NCBI RefSeq assembly: GCF_004010195.1
Contig: NC_057753.1
Location: 7,188,130 to 7,252,129 of the forward strand
Direction of reading: 5' to 3'
From: Chiloscyllium plagiosum
Taxonomy: Eukaryota
DNA: 64,000 nt
Part shown: one piece after another, positions 10,625-23,256 of the stretch
Position numbering within the stretch: the stretch's first letter is position 1
Layout of the letters: each line of letters starts with the position of its first letter
Notes under the pieces: model-generated
Seen by the model: only the letters and a program-made list of their open reading frames with translations
Databases searched by the model: none
What the model was told of the DNA's origin: nothing
Position numbers and translations under genes: made by a program

Positions 10625-12820
10625 ATTAAAAAACAGCTGATGAACTTGAAAGACGCGATACAGAAAGCACGCAAAAGTAATGTCATTTACAAAAAAGTGT
10701 GGTGACAATACGTCTGAAAACAAACTTTCGAGCTCAGCAAGCAAACTTACATCCAGAAGTTAGTTTGGGTTTAACGAAGGACAAAATTAAAGCTGAAATT
10801 GTCAGGGAATTACTTAGGTGTGTCAGAGAAATAGACATTAGGGGCAGAGGAAGAAAAACAGAAATTGCAATTGAGGGAAGTAGATTGAGGAGATAAACAG
10901 AGAGTGAGAGAGAAGAAAAAGAGACAGAAAAGAAACAGAGAGAAGATTCTAAACTGAGCAAAGAGAGAGAGAAGAAAGGGAGAGAGATATAGAGAGTAAA
11001 GAAATGTACTCTGTACATTCTGATGCGGAAGATTCTAAAGCTTTCTTTTTTTCATTTGAAACGTTGGCTCAGATGATGGAACGGTCCGAGGATGTATGGT
11101 TAATGACAATTCATATACAACTGGTTGGCACAGCTATTGAGGTATTTATTTCGCTGTCAAATGAGAAGTCAATGGACTTTGAAGAGGTTAAACAGTCTAT
11201 TTAAAGTGTTCATCAATTGGCAGTGGAAGCATACAGACAACGGTTCACAAACATAACGAAGGAAACAGGTCAGACTTACGCTGAGTTTGAAAGAATTAAA
11301 CATGGTTATTTTGCTTGTTGAGTAATTGCTTTAAAAATTGATAAGACCACTGAGTGTCTGCGAGAGATTATTCTGGGGGATGAGTTTAAAAACTCACTTT
11401 CAAAGCTGGTAAGAATTCATGTGGAGACACAGAATGTTCAGGAAATGGGAATGGCAGCAGAATTAGCAGATGAATGCATGTTGCTTCAGAAAACAAAATT
11501 CCGATCAAAATTTCGACCTGTGAGGGATAGAAGTTAGGAGAAGGGAGATACTAAATTACATAAACAAGAGTGGAGAGCACTGGTAAGATTTTTAAAACGA
11601 TGCACATTAGGAGCGAAAGGAGGGGAAAGACAGCAGGTGTTTCCACAATGGTAAAGTGGGACATTTAAAGTCACAGTGCTGGTCAGGAAAGAAACGTGCT
11701 GTGAAAAAAAAAGATGTGATAAGCGAAGATAAGCCAGAGGCATTAGTGAAGGTACTAAAATAACTCCAAGACGAGCCAAGGATCTGCAGGAGAGTGCACA
11801 GCCTAGGCAGGGGCTCAGTGTGCAGTTAGTACCTGATCTCGAAAAAGTGGTCGACTTTGCGGCGAAAGTTTATTCCAAAAGAACGGGGAAGGAATAAAAA
11901 AAAATAATTTTCAGAGATGCAGGATCACACCAGTCATTAATCGTGAGAGATGAGCAAATATGCATTGTTTCTGATCTGTTAGCCTTGAGTGTGGTAATTT
12001 GTGGGAGAGATGGACAGAGACCGAGCGTTCCCCTATGTAAGATCCGGTTGGAGTACCAACTTAAGTCTGAGGAAGTCACAATGGGAATGATTGACAGATT
12101 GTCAGTTTCAGGATTTCAGTTTTTTCTTGGGAATGATTTGGCAAGATCCAAGGTGGGAATGACACCCCATTGTATGGAAAAGTCCAAGAAAGTCCAAGAA
12201 ACTGAGGTGTTAAAACAGAAATATCCTGGTATTTTCCCAGACTGTGTGGTAATTTGATCTGACTATCATAAGAAACACAATGAAGCAAAAAGTAGAGAAA
12301 GATGAAGGAGTTGAAGTTAAGTTAGCACACACCCTGTTTGATGTCATGGTGCCGTAAAAGGCAGAGGATTAGACGGGAGTGTTTAGCCCTGTAAGGCTAA
12401 GAGACTTGCAGTAGCAAGACAAGATGATGAATGGTTTTATATGTGTATGCCCACAACGAAAAGAGGCAAAACGTTTTCTGGAAGATTATAATCTGGAATA
12501 TAAAATCCGAAGACAGAAATGGAGATGACGGCTGGTTAGTGCAGAAGGGAAATGTGCCGAAGTGCACCAGAGCACTGGGAGCAGACAAACTGAAGGTGTT
12601 ACATGTAGCACACGAACTACCTACTCGTGGTCACCTTGGGGTAGGAAATGCTCAGGCGAAGGTATATATTTGTTTTTTCATTGGCCTGGACTGACCAAGG
12701 CTGTGGTAATCTTTTGCTGAACGTGTCATATATAACAAATGGCAGGTAAGCCACAGGCAGTAACAAAACCAGCGCCTTTGTTATCAATTCACTCATTTGA
12801 AGAACTTTTCACGCAGGTTA
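10625..12820 (+). mobile_element. Gmr1-like Gypsy LTR retrotransposon relic (gag, zinc knuckle, protease, integrase N-terminus), copy a
   Basis: AFFFSFETLAQMMER..W capsid segment, RDAGSHQSLI protease site, FFLGNDLA, VLHVAHELPTRGHLGV integrase HHCC start; many stops. Confidence 0.8.
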
Positions 12821-15760
12821 CCATTCTTTCCCTCACAGATTTTGATACCTCCTGCTGAGTTCCAACAGTGATTTGAGTTATTGTTTCAATACTATTTACA
12901 ACCAGTTCCTTCGCATGAACCTGGTTACATGTCTTTCCCAGTCTGTGAGTTCATGGAAACCAAACTTCGGCCATCATAGCTATTCTTCTCAACTGGATGA
13001 GAAAAGTCAGGTTTCATGAGTCAATTCTGCTGTTGCACCTTTCCAAAGAAAAGAGAAATATCATAATTTTTAAAATATGCTAAGAAATTGCAGATTACAT
13101 GAAATGTACGTCATCTGTAGTGTTGAACATTGCCTTATTAGTTTTACCAAACAGTAATCATTTCCATCGACCTATTGCTGTTGTATGGACATTTTGTTTC
13201 AGCACGACTGTGCAGTTCAAATTATACAAGGAGTCATTAAGTAGATTACTGACATTTTATCAAGCTTGTGCCATTTGCTTACATTCAGACTGGTCCTGAA
13301 AGCCGGTTCTGAACTTTTGCCACTGACGTGTTTAATTTGCAAATCCATAATTCGCGAATTAGTCATTTTCCCATCGTGTAATGTTAAACGTTCCCCACAA
13401 TGCCAAACTTAGGCCTGTGCATTCATAATATGGCAAACTGCAAGAACAGAACGGGCACACTTCTGATCAATTGTAACATACTTCTGCAATTCTATGATGC
13501 ACATGAATTGCTCCAGCAAAGAACACATTGTACGCTCGATATAAAGCATTTAGCTCATGACTTTGATCAAGGTTGCATAGCTGTGTCCTTTGTTCATTGT
13601 CATACAAAATAATAGTCCACCATTGCCAAGTCTGTTTGACCCCTCAAACGAAGACTCATAAGACTTCAGTCTTGCCTTGCTGCTTTACATGAATCCAGAC
13701 CAGGATTGTTGTCAAGGATTAACCAGGCTTCATTGCATTGGAGAGAGATCATTTGCAAAGGGCCCCTACAGCACAATAACTCTGCGACAGACTCTGGTAG
13801 TAGTCAAGAGGATTGGGCACAGTCATTCAGACACTCAAGAAAATGTTTGGACCCAACTGCTGTATGTCCAATGGAGTTGGATTAAAGGCCAAACTTTGGT
13901 GCCAATGTCTACTTATCTATGAACCAAGGGGCTATGTCATCTATCGCCGAAGTCAGTCATGACTCTAAAAACACTAAAAATCTCTCATCCATCTAAACTG
14001 CATTGAATAAACGAATATTCAAAACAAGGTCTCCTCGACGACAGTTCTGCTGGCTCTCGTGACAGCCTTGTGAACCTCCACTTCACGTCCACTCTGGCAA
14101 GTGCACTCTAAGCGAGTGAGAACAAAACCATTCTCTAAGCGTGGTCTCAAAGAGTCCCTTTAAAACTGCAGTTTCGTTTAAAGATTACAGCCAGGCCTAA
14201 AACAAACAATGCTAAATTGAAACTTTCCCTTTCATGGTTTATAGCAACAGCAATTGAAGGTATGAACAGATGAACTCCTGAGACTTCACGTTTTGTTTAA
14301 CAGAAGTGGGAAAAAATGTAAGCATTCCACTCTTGACCTCTCCGTCAAACACAGCCCTATTAAAGTCATGTAATAACTGAAAATACCTTGATTGATTTAT
14401 CTCGTTTTTAAAAAAAAAACTGCGTAATTGAGTCATATAGCATGGAAACAGATCCTAACATCCAATTACTGCAGTCGGCAATGTTCTGAATTAATTTTCG
14501 CCTGCTGCACAAACGCTGTCTGAACTGTTTTGTGATTTCAGCATTTGCAACTTTCGGATACTTGCCTCAACACTCCAATATATTCCAACAATCAGCGATT
14601 AATGTATCCAAAGCATGAAAATGAAATAGTTGATCATAACGTTCTGGTCTCTAATGAGAGAGAGATGACTGGTGGAGGCTTTACCCTGAGATTCAGAACA
14701 CCTCAGACGTGGAGAGAGGTTAGGAAGGAGAGTCATTCATGCTGACTTAATCTGCTCTGTTGCTGTCAAAGTGCATTTCAAACATAGCTTCGAACAAACT
14801 GAAATACTCGACTCTATCCCAAAAGTCAGTTTGTGAAGACATGTACAAGGAGAGTGCACTAAATGATTGAAACCTACAGGAAAGTAAATAATTTTTTAAA
14901 TGATTCATTTAGGCAAACATAATGACGTTCTATAAAAACTACTGAAAGTGCTTCTGGCCAGCAGGAACATTTTATGAGCAGAAGATTTCTTTTCTCTGGA
15001 GCAAATGCCACAAATCCTGCTTCTGCCAAGATATCACAGTTGTAGGTAGCCACTCGGTGGTGCCGCTGTAATCTGGAACTAACAACAGAAAATATTCAGT
15101 TTGTGCGTGCATTTGTCTATTTACAGTCATCACAATATCACAACATTTCGCAAAAGGCCGTCCTCTTTGTTTAAAATAGTGCCCGATTAAAATGATTCGC
15201 GATTCACGAGATATCACGAGAGAATCAAAGACTTGAATTTCAGAGATATGAGAGTGTGTTGCTGGACAATCGCAGGACTCCTGAAGAAGGGCTCCGGCCC
15301 GAGAAGTTGATTGTTCTGCTCCTCGGATGCTGCCTGACCTGCCGTGCGTTTTCCAGCAACACATCTCAACTCTAATCTCAGTATCTGTAGACCTCACTGT
15401 CTCCCTGACTTTCACTGAACATCATTCACCAAAATCACTCCAAGGAGCCAACCCTCAGATGAGACCGAAATTGCTGTACAATGCAGATGTCTCTCAGAAA
15501 GTCAGAAAAAAAATCGAGAGAAGACCTGAAGAATGTGGTGAAATCTCTATAGAGACAAATCTGAAGACTTGGTAAAAATGTGGACCAAAATACATGTTTT
15601 ATCAAAACACTCCTTGATGATGAATCTTCGATTTCCTACTGGATATTTGATGTGAATGACTTTATGTTATTAATGTTTCCTTTCAATTTGTACAGATAGC
15701 CTATCCTTTTAAAGGTAACGTTTTCAGCCTCAGGAGTCAAAGCTTAAAAAATGTAATGGG

Positions 15761-15858
15761 TACATGGATGGGTACTTAATCTAGGTTAGAAGTTCGGCAC
15801 AACATCGTGGGCCGAAGGGCCTGTTCTGTGCTGTATTGTTCTATGTTCTATGTTCTAT
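15761..15858 (+). mobile_element. Very short CR1/HER1-type 3' tail insertion flanked by a ~46-nt direct duplication
   Basis: GGGCCGAAGGGCCTGTTCTGTGCTGTATT(GTTCTAT)3 tail; 15715-15760 repeated at 15859-15904; only a single copy at the homologous site ~51013-51058. Confidence 0.8.
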
Positions 15859-16114
15859 GTAACGTTTTCAGCCTCTGGAGTCAAAGCTTAAAAAAAGCAA
15901 TGGGCTTCAGCAATAAAATCTGCCTAATAATTAATAGAATTCATGACAGATACTAAAATAAAATGCACCAGTTTGACGTTATAACAAAAATACTCAAAGC
16001 TTTTACTATGAGAAACGTGCATTCATTACTTGAATATGGGGCATGATTATCCTGAAAAATGACATTGAAGCTTATTGAAGAAAATAAGCTAATTGAAGCT
16101 TATTGAAGAAAAGA

Positions 16115-16725
16115 AGGCTGCAGAAGGATCTAGACAGTTTGGAGCAGTGGTCCAGGAAATGGTTGATTGAACTCAATGTGAGTAAATGCGAGGTCTTGCA
16201 CTTTGGGAAAAAATTGAAGAAAATTATAGGCCAATTAGCCTAACCTCGGTTGTTGATAAAATTCTAGAATCCATCATTAAGGATGAGGTTTCTAAATACT
16301 TGGAAGAGCAGGGTCGGATTAGAATAAGTCAATATGGATTTTGTGAGGGGAGGTCATGCCTGACAAACCTGTTGGAGTTCTTTGAAGAGGTGACAAGTAG
16401 GTTAGACCGCGGAAACCCAGTGGATGTGGTCGACCTGGACTTCCAAAAGGCCTTTAATAAGTTGCCACGTGGGAGGCTGCTGAGCAAGATCAGGGCCCAT
16501 GGTGTTCGAGGTGAGCTACTGGTATGGATTGAGGATTGGCTGTCTGACAGGAGGCATAGAGTTGGGATAAAAGGTTCTTTTTCGCAATGGCAGCCGGTGA
16601 CAAGCGGTGTCCGGCAGGGTTCAGTGTTGGGGGCCACAGCTGTACACATTATATATTAATGATCTGGATGAAGGGACTGGGGGCATTCTTGCGAAGTTTG
16701 CCAATGACACAAAGTTAGGTGGACA
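16115..16725 (+). mobile_element. CR1-like RT fragments (rearranged)
   Basis: NYRPISLTSVV, GRSCLTNLLEFFEEVT, LDFQKAFNK, VTSGVRQGSVLG, AKFANDTKLGG. Confidence 0.9.
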
Positions 16726-16779
16726 AAGAGAAACATTGAATATAAGAACATGTTTAGAAGAAGGATTGTCATTAGTGAA

Positions 16780-19000
16780 CATTACTCCCCAAGACTGTGG
16801 TCACACTTCAGTGCCAGGATGAGGGAAGTCTCGAATCGAGCTGAAAGGACTCTTCTTGAGAAAGGTAAACAGCCAGATGTCGTGGTAAACATCGATGGGA
16901 ATGACATAGTTAGAAAAGGTTGAGGACGGGAAAAGTGAATATAGACAGTTAGTTTAGAAGCTAAAATGCAGGACAAGCAGAGTAGCGCTGTCAGGATTGC
17001 TACATGTACCATGGTCGTGAGGCTCGGAAGAGAGTGCGTGTGCAGTTGAACACGTCGCTGCAGAGCTGGTTTTGGAGGGAGGGCTTCAGATGTGTTCACC
17101 ATTGCGATAAATTCTGTGTATGGTGGGACGTGTTGCACCTGAACCGGAGGGCACCAGTATCTTTGGCGGGAAATTTGCAATAGCTCTTCAGGAAGGTTTA
17201 AACTAGTTCAGCAGGGGGATGGGAACCGGAGCTACGTATGAAAGGTTGGGGGTAGCTGGTGAACAGGCAGTGACAGCGAGAACATAGTCTGTGAGGGAGG
17301 ATAAACACTTGACAGGTCAACGTTGTAGTCAGTGTGTTTGATTGTAGTATGTTATCTTAACACAAAAGAGTTATCAATATGGATGATGAACTTAGACCAC
17401 AGGAGTAGGAATGGTTTTTGGATGTTGTGCAGTTTACATGCTTCAAAATTAATAGGGAGGGAGGAAAAGATGTGCTGGAGTGGAATTGCTAATCAGAGGT
17501 AGTATCACAGCTGCAGTAAGGGAGGTTGTCGACGAGAGTTTTCTTATTGAGTCGGTATGGATGAACGCCAGAAAAAGGAAAGAAACACTCAATTTGTTGG
17601 GAGTTTTCCACAGCTTCCCAATATCAACAGAGAAATGGAGGAGCAGACTGGATGACAGATTTTGGAAATGGGCGAAATTAACAGGGTTGTTCTAATGGTT
17701 GACATCAACTTCCTTAATATTGATTAGCACCTCCTGAGGGAAAAGAAAATTGGATGGAACAAATTCTGTCAGCTGTGTCTGTGAAGATTGCTTCACTCAG
17801 TGTGGAGATAAGACGATTAGAGTGGAGGCCACAGTAGATTTAATGCTTGGAAACGAGTCAAGTCAGGTGGCATATCTCGGAGTTGGAGAACATTTCGGTG
17901 ATCGTGATCACAACTCCTTGATCATTATAATAGTCATGGTGAGGGATAGGAGCAGACATTATGGGAATGTATTTAATAGGGGTGGGGGGATGGAGAATTA
18001 CAATGCGGTTAGTTCTGGGTCCTCAGCTCTTTGTGATTTTCACAAATGACTGGGATGAGGAAGTGGAAGTGTTCATTCGTACGTTTACCGGTAACAAGAA
18101 AGGTGGTGGATTTGTGGGTAGTGTCTTGGCCTGTGTTGATTTGACAATGGGACATTGAAAGGAAGCAGACCCTGTCAGATTAGTGGAATATGTCAATCAA
18201 ACTGTAAAAGAGAGAAGTGATTCATTTTGGAAGTTCGGATTTGAATGCAGGTTACAGATTTGAAGGCAGGATTTTGGCAGTGTTGGGCACAGAGGGGTTA
18301 TGTGGTACATGTACACGGATCCCTCAAGGTTGCCACTCAAGTTGATCGGGTTCTTAACAAACGTGAACGCTTTGGTGTCTTTTATTGGCAGGGGACTGAG
18401 TTTAAGAGCCACGATGTTATGCTTCAGCTCGATGTAACCCTCATTATGTAACACCTGGAATATTGTTTTCAGTTCTGGTCGCCTCATGATAGGAAGGATA
18501 TGCACCTGTAGAGAAGTTTCAAACGAGATTTACTAAAATGCTGCCTGGACTGGAGAGCATGTCTGATGAAGATAGTTTAGGGAGCGAGAATTTTTCTCAT
18601 TGGAGCGAAGAAGGATGAGAGATGATTTGATGGGTGTGCACGAGATGATGAGAGGCATAATCAAAGTGTGTAACCCAAGAGTTTTTCCCAGGCCAGAAAT
18701 AGATATCACGAGTGTGCATAATCTTACATTGATTGGCAAAAGGTTTTTGGCGAGATGTCAGAAGTAGGTTCCTTTTGCACGGAAAGTGGTGTGCCCGTGG
18801 AATGAACTGCCAGCAGTGCTAATGGAGTCAGATGCATTTGGGATGTTGAAACGACTCTTGTATACGATCAGGGAGGATAGCAAAATGAAGGGTACGTCAA
18901 TCAGTTTGATTGTACAGTGGGATGAAAGCTCAGCCCATGATAGAGGGCCGAAGGGCCTGTACTCTGCAGTACTGTTCTATGCTATCTTTTCTGTGTTCAC
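16780..19000 (+). mobile_element. Old CR1-like LINE with ORF1 esterase, APE endonuclease and 3' end (internally deleted); inverted homologue ~48380-50560
   Basis: PDVVVNIDGNDI and LHLNRRG (SGNH esterase-like ORF1), GDINF and VGEHFGDRDHN (endonuclease), GGGCCGAAGGGCCTGTACTCTG tail. Confidence 0.75.
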
Positions 19001-20389
19001 AGGACGGTCAGACAATCAAGTCGACTCCACATTCAAAATGTTTATTTCTGACCATCAATCCCACAAACGTTTATGCGCTTGTGCTTGCGCGTGCTCCTTC
19101 TACATTTGTATCTTGAAGCCCTCAGAAATACGCCGAGCGATGTATTGAAACATTTAATGTTTAGGCCTCATCCATTCTCTGCAGCAGTAAATGATCAGGC
19201 TCACCAATCTCCGAATGAAAAACGTCATCCTCAGTCATGTAGTAAATGTCTTCGTTCATGCTCTTGGACTGTAATCCGTGGTTTCACTTCACAGTTACAT
19301 GATGAGAAAACAATTTCTGCTCACTTTACTCTCATTCACGACAACAATTTTGTCTGCTCTAAATACGAAAATCTCATGTTTGATTCAATGCCAGCATGTT
19401 TTTGTCACTGCCTAAAACTAAACTTGTGGTGCACCATGTTCTGCAAATGCTGCAGGTCTTGTTGAACATACAAATGCGTTGTTTGGGATTCGCTTACGGT
19501 GAAATAATAGATACAGCTGATTATCAACCCTGACACAAGCAGATACAAAGAATAGCATTCGTTTGCTGTCCGTGGCGCCGACACATAGCGACTCCCGGTG
19601 AGTGACCTACATCGGAACTTATCATAACATTGCCGATAAATATTCCACTCTTTTAAACGTAAATCTCATATAATATGTGTGCCTCAAGATGAACCCTATG
19701 CTCTGGATGTCTTGGCTTACTCTTATCATCCTGTATGCTAACAAACAAATTCTTTTACTGTACCTGGGCACACGTTGTCACAATAATTTAAATAAATCAG
19801 TTGAATTTTATCTGTTGAAACGTGTAAAACAGTCTTGAAAAAATCAGAATGTACTAAGTAAGCTTTGAAACTGCCAGCTCACTCTGATTTTGGATGCATC
19901 AAACACTTCTTACTGAAGTCATAAGACTCACATCTTTTCATTTTTGAAAATATCTTTCCATCAAATAAACCAAGGCATTGAAAGTTGAGGTGCAATTTCA
20001 TTAACTGCAGAATTAAAAAAAAATAATTTTGCTTTGAATGCAATTGGGGAGATTTTGAGAAGATGATGAACGAAATTATGAATGTTGGGTGCTGGTGTCA
20101 ACTAAAAAATAAACAGAATTCTTATATGCCTCCTGTGCACAATATTATTTCATTTCTGAGCGATTTTAACAGTGATTACCTCTGCAACATTCTACCATTG
20201 GAAAGCAAATGGGGAAAAGTACGAAAAACACAGGGGTCACGATGCACATTAAACTCGAGTCAACAATGCATCTGTTGCCTCATGCGTCCGATCATCAGTT
20301 TATGTCGCGGTGAATGAAAAGGTTTTCTCTTAATTTTATTTTTAAAAAACCTTCATACGAAGGTGGAGAAGGTAACAAAGATCATAAAA

Positions 20390-20960
20390 CTTCATGAATA
20401 TTTTTTGCCAGGAGATTCTGACAGACGGATTGACATGCATTTGGAGAAACAACGACGAATTAGGAAGAGTCAACACAGGTTTATTCATGGAAAATTGTGA
20501 CTCCAACATTTCATTGTCTTTTTGACACGATGTACCGAAAGATACATAAAGGCAGGGCAGTAGGACATGTGCATGTGGACTTTCGTTAAGCCTTTGACAA
20601 GGTTGCGCATGGTTGGCTACTTAACCAAGTGAGATGATATCGAAATCAAGGAGAGCTTGACAATTGAATGGAATTTTGATTTGACGGTCGGAGACAAAAT
20701 GGGGTAAGTGGGAATTGTTTTTTTTTCAGATTGGTGGCCTGTAATCAGATGTGTGGGTACGTGGTGTTTCCACTGTTGCTTGACTTTTGTGTAAACGATT
20801 CGGATGCGAATTTAGGATTCATGGTCAGCAAGAAATCCTGACCAATTAGGCCAATTAGTTGAGTGGTGGCAGGTGGAGTTTAATTTAGATAAAGATGTTT
20901 TCGTTCGTTTTGGCAACAGAAGGAATGGCAGGGCTTACACAGTTAATGCTTAGGCCTTTC
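20390..20960 (+). mobile_element. Decayed CR1-like RT fragment; longer homologue ~45560-47060 (-)
   Basis: GACTTTCGTTAAGCCTTTGACAAGGT (DF.KAFDKV) and TGGCAGGTGGAGTTTAATTTAGATAAA (WQVEFNLDK). Confidence 0.65.
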
Positions 20961-20967
20961 GGTTGAT

Positions 20968-22487
20968 ACATTAGGATTGTTTGTTTGTCCGAATTCTGTC
21001 CCTTACAGATTGAAATCGACCTTGGAAGCCAAATTTAATTATTCAACCAAGCCGCCATTTCGTCAGTTAATCTTACCGTTTTAACTTTCAGCTCTTCAAC
21101 ATGATTTCCCACGACTTCAGGAAGTGATTTTTTGAACTGCAACAACATAATATTGTCTCCAAAAGCGTCATAGTTTTGCTGTATCTTTAATGCCTATATC
21201 CACCTATTAAAATTACTTCGTTCTATCCTTTAAATATCAATGTAGGTTTGACTATTGTCCCTCCGTACCTTACTGAAATGCTGCCTGTAGGTTTCTGGAA
21301 AAAGCTCATTTGCTCCTAAAATGGCCGTCTTCATGTCCTCATACGGCCCAAATACCTCCTCTGATAGTGATGCAAATAGCTCACTCGCTCAAACCGACAA
21401 GCAAAATCCACATGGTCACTGTCCAGTTCATTTGTTTGGCCACCATATCAAAAGAGATAGAAAAAGGTTTCTACCTCCTTCTGGACCAATGGAGTCCATG
21501 ATTGAATACATTTGAATAAATTCCCAACAGGTCTTTTGCTACCATGGGTTTTCTCATCAACCTCTCTTCCACACTAAGCTTACCTTCAACCTTCATCACC
21601 ATTCTTTTAAGCTGACTTTCCTGTCTAAATGTCAATTTCTGCAGTTCAAGCTCTCTTTCTCTTTCTTTCCTTTCCTCCGTGTAGCTTTCTTTTCTTATTC
21701 GGCAAAGACATTTCGTTTGAACTGTAGAAGCCATTACTACATCAAGTACTGCTTAAAACAAACGACTGCAATGCCCAGCACAATAGACTCCAACAGCCAC
21801 CACTCGCCGATTTTGATTCCTTCGACCCTTATACCAAATTAAAATCTGAAAGCAAATCCGGCGATGATACCCCAGTCTTCACGTAGCAGTCAGACCCCCT
21901 CACAACAGTTCAAAAAGGTAGCCCAGATCCAAACATTTCTGTTTTTTTTAAGCGGTTGTGTAATGGATATTCCAGGACTGATGCAGCTCGCTCAAACATT
22001 AAGTTTTAAACAAAACACAATTTATTTACGCACAAACAAAAGAAAGTCAAATTTAGAATCGCGTGAATATTTGGAACTCATTCGACTCTGTCACAACTTA
22101 ATGATGCACTTTCAAATTCTTGAAACGTCCAAATAACTCTCTATGGCCAAAAGGGACATTCAAACTCAGGTTCTTGCAGGAAAGATGTCAGAAGGAGCAG
22201 CAATCGGCATGAAATTGCTTCACTGGGTCCTCAGCTGCTTTTTTGCGTTCCCATCTAAAGCTTGAACAGTACATTAAGAAAGACAGCTGGCCAAAACCAA
22301 ACTAATCCGTGCCCTGAACTTTGAAAACTGGCCACTCCGTTATTCATTGTCCAAGTGTTTAAATAAAAGTTGAACGATTTTTCAAGCAAATTTATCCAGA
22401 CATAATGGATCCTCTGTTTTCAAGCACACTTTGAAATAAAAAAAAACGTGGACAGAATACAATTGGAAAAGGGGCAGCATCGTCTCA
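20968..22487 (-). mobile_element. Second Gmr1-like Gypsy relic (candidate 5' LTR 21876-22487 plus gag), divergent from copy b
   Basis: Minus-strand gag peptides (ERERELELQKLTFRQE, then a W-V-L-L capsid segment); LTR-like segment starting TG, followed by CTGGGG; partial homologue of the LTR at 9850-10134. Confidence 0.65.
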
Positions 22488-22904
22488 AGAGATATCTTAA
22501 CTTTGCAAGTTAATCACTTACTTGTCAGTTGGAGTGAAGAGCATAATTGTGTTGAAATGAGACCTGTTGTCAGGTCTCAAATTTCACATTTCCATTTCCT
22601 TTTAATACTACTCCCACTATGGTTAGTTTTGTATTTCACTATGACTTAGAGTGCTGAATGCGTGTTGGAAATCACCCAATGCCGGTTGGTGTCGTCATTA
22701 CCTGTGATTACGCTATTTCCTGCGGTGACATCATTTTCTGTGGTTGTCCCAGTCGAAGTGGTTCCCGTTCTCACATATCTGTAAAGATGATAATGAGAGT
22801 GGTTCTTGACATTTTGTGGCAAGTTGATGTTCATGTATCCTTGTGGCTAGTTTCTTCCTGTTGGTTTAATGTGATATTTAGTGCGGTTTTGCCAGGTATT
22901 TTAC

Positions 22905-23225
22905 ATAAAAAAGCAGCCAATGAACTTGGAAGACCCGATACAAAAAGCAAGCAAAAGAAATTTCATTTACAAAATAGTTAGGTGACAAAAGGTCTGAAAA
23001 AAAAACTTCCAGCTCAGCGAGCAAACTTACATCCAGAAGGTAGTTTGGGATTTATCGGAGGACGAAAGTAAAGATGAAATTGTCAGGGAATTGCTTTGGT
23101 GTGTCATAGAAACAGACATTAACGGCTGACGAAGATAAACATAAATTACAATTGAGGAAAGTGGAATGAGAAGATAGGGAGAGAAAATGTGAGAGAAAAG
23201 GGATGGAGAGAAGGTTCATCGCTGA

Positions 23226-23256
<31 letters not shown>

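Noticed and set aside
21855..21875. tRNA-Pro primer-binding site after the candidate LTR (TGGGGTATCATCGCCGGATT on minus; homologue ~42972)
   Set aside because: The position fits but the match is too degenerate and differs between the two copies.
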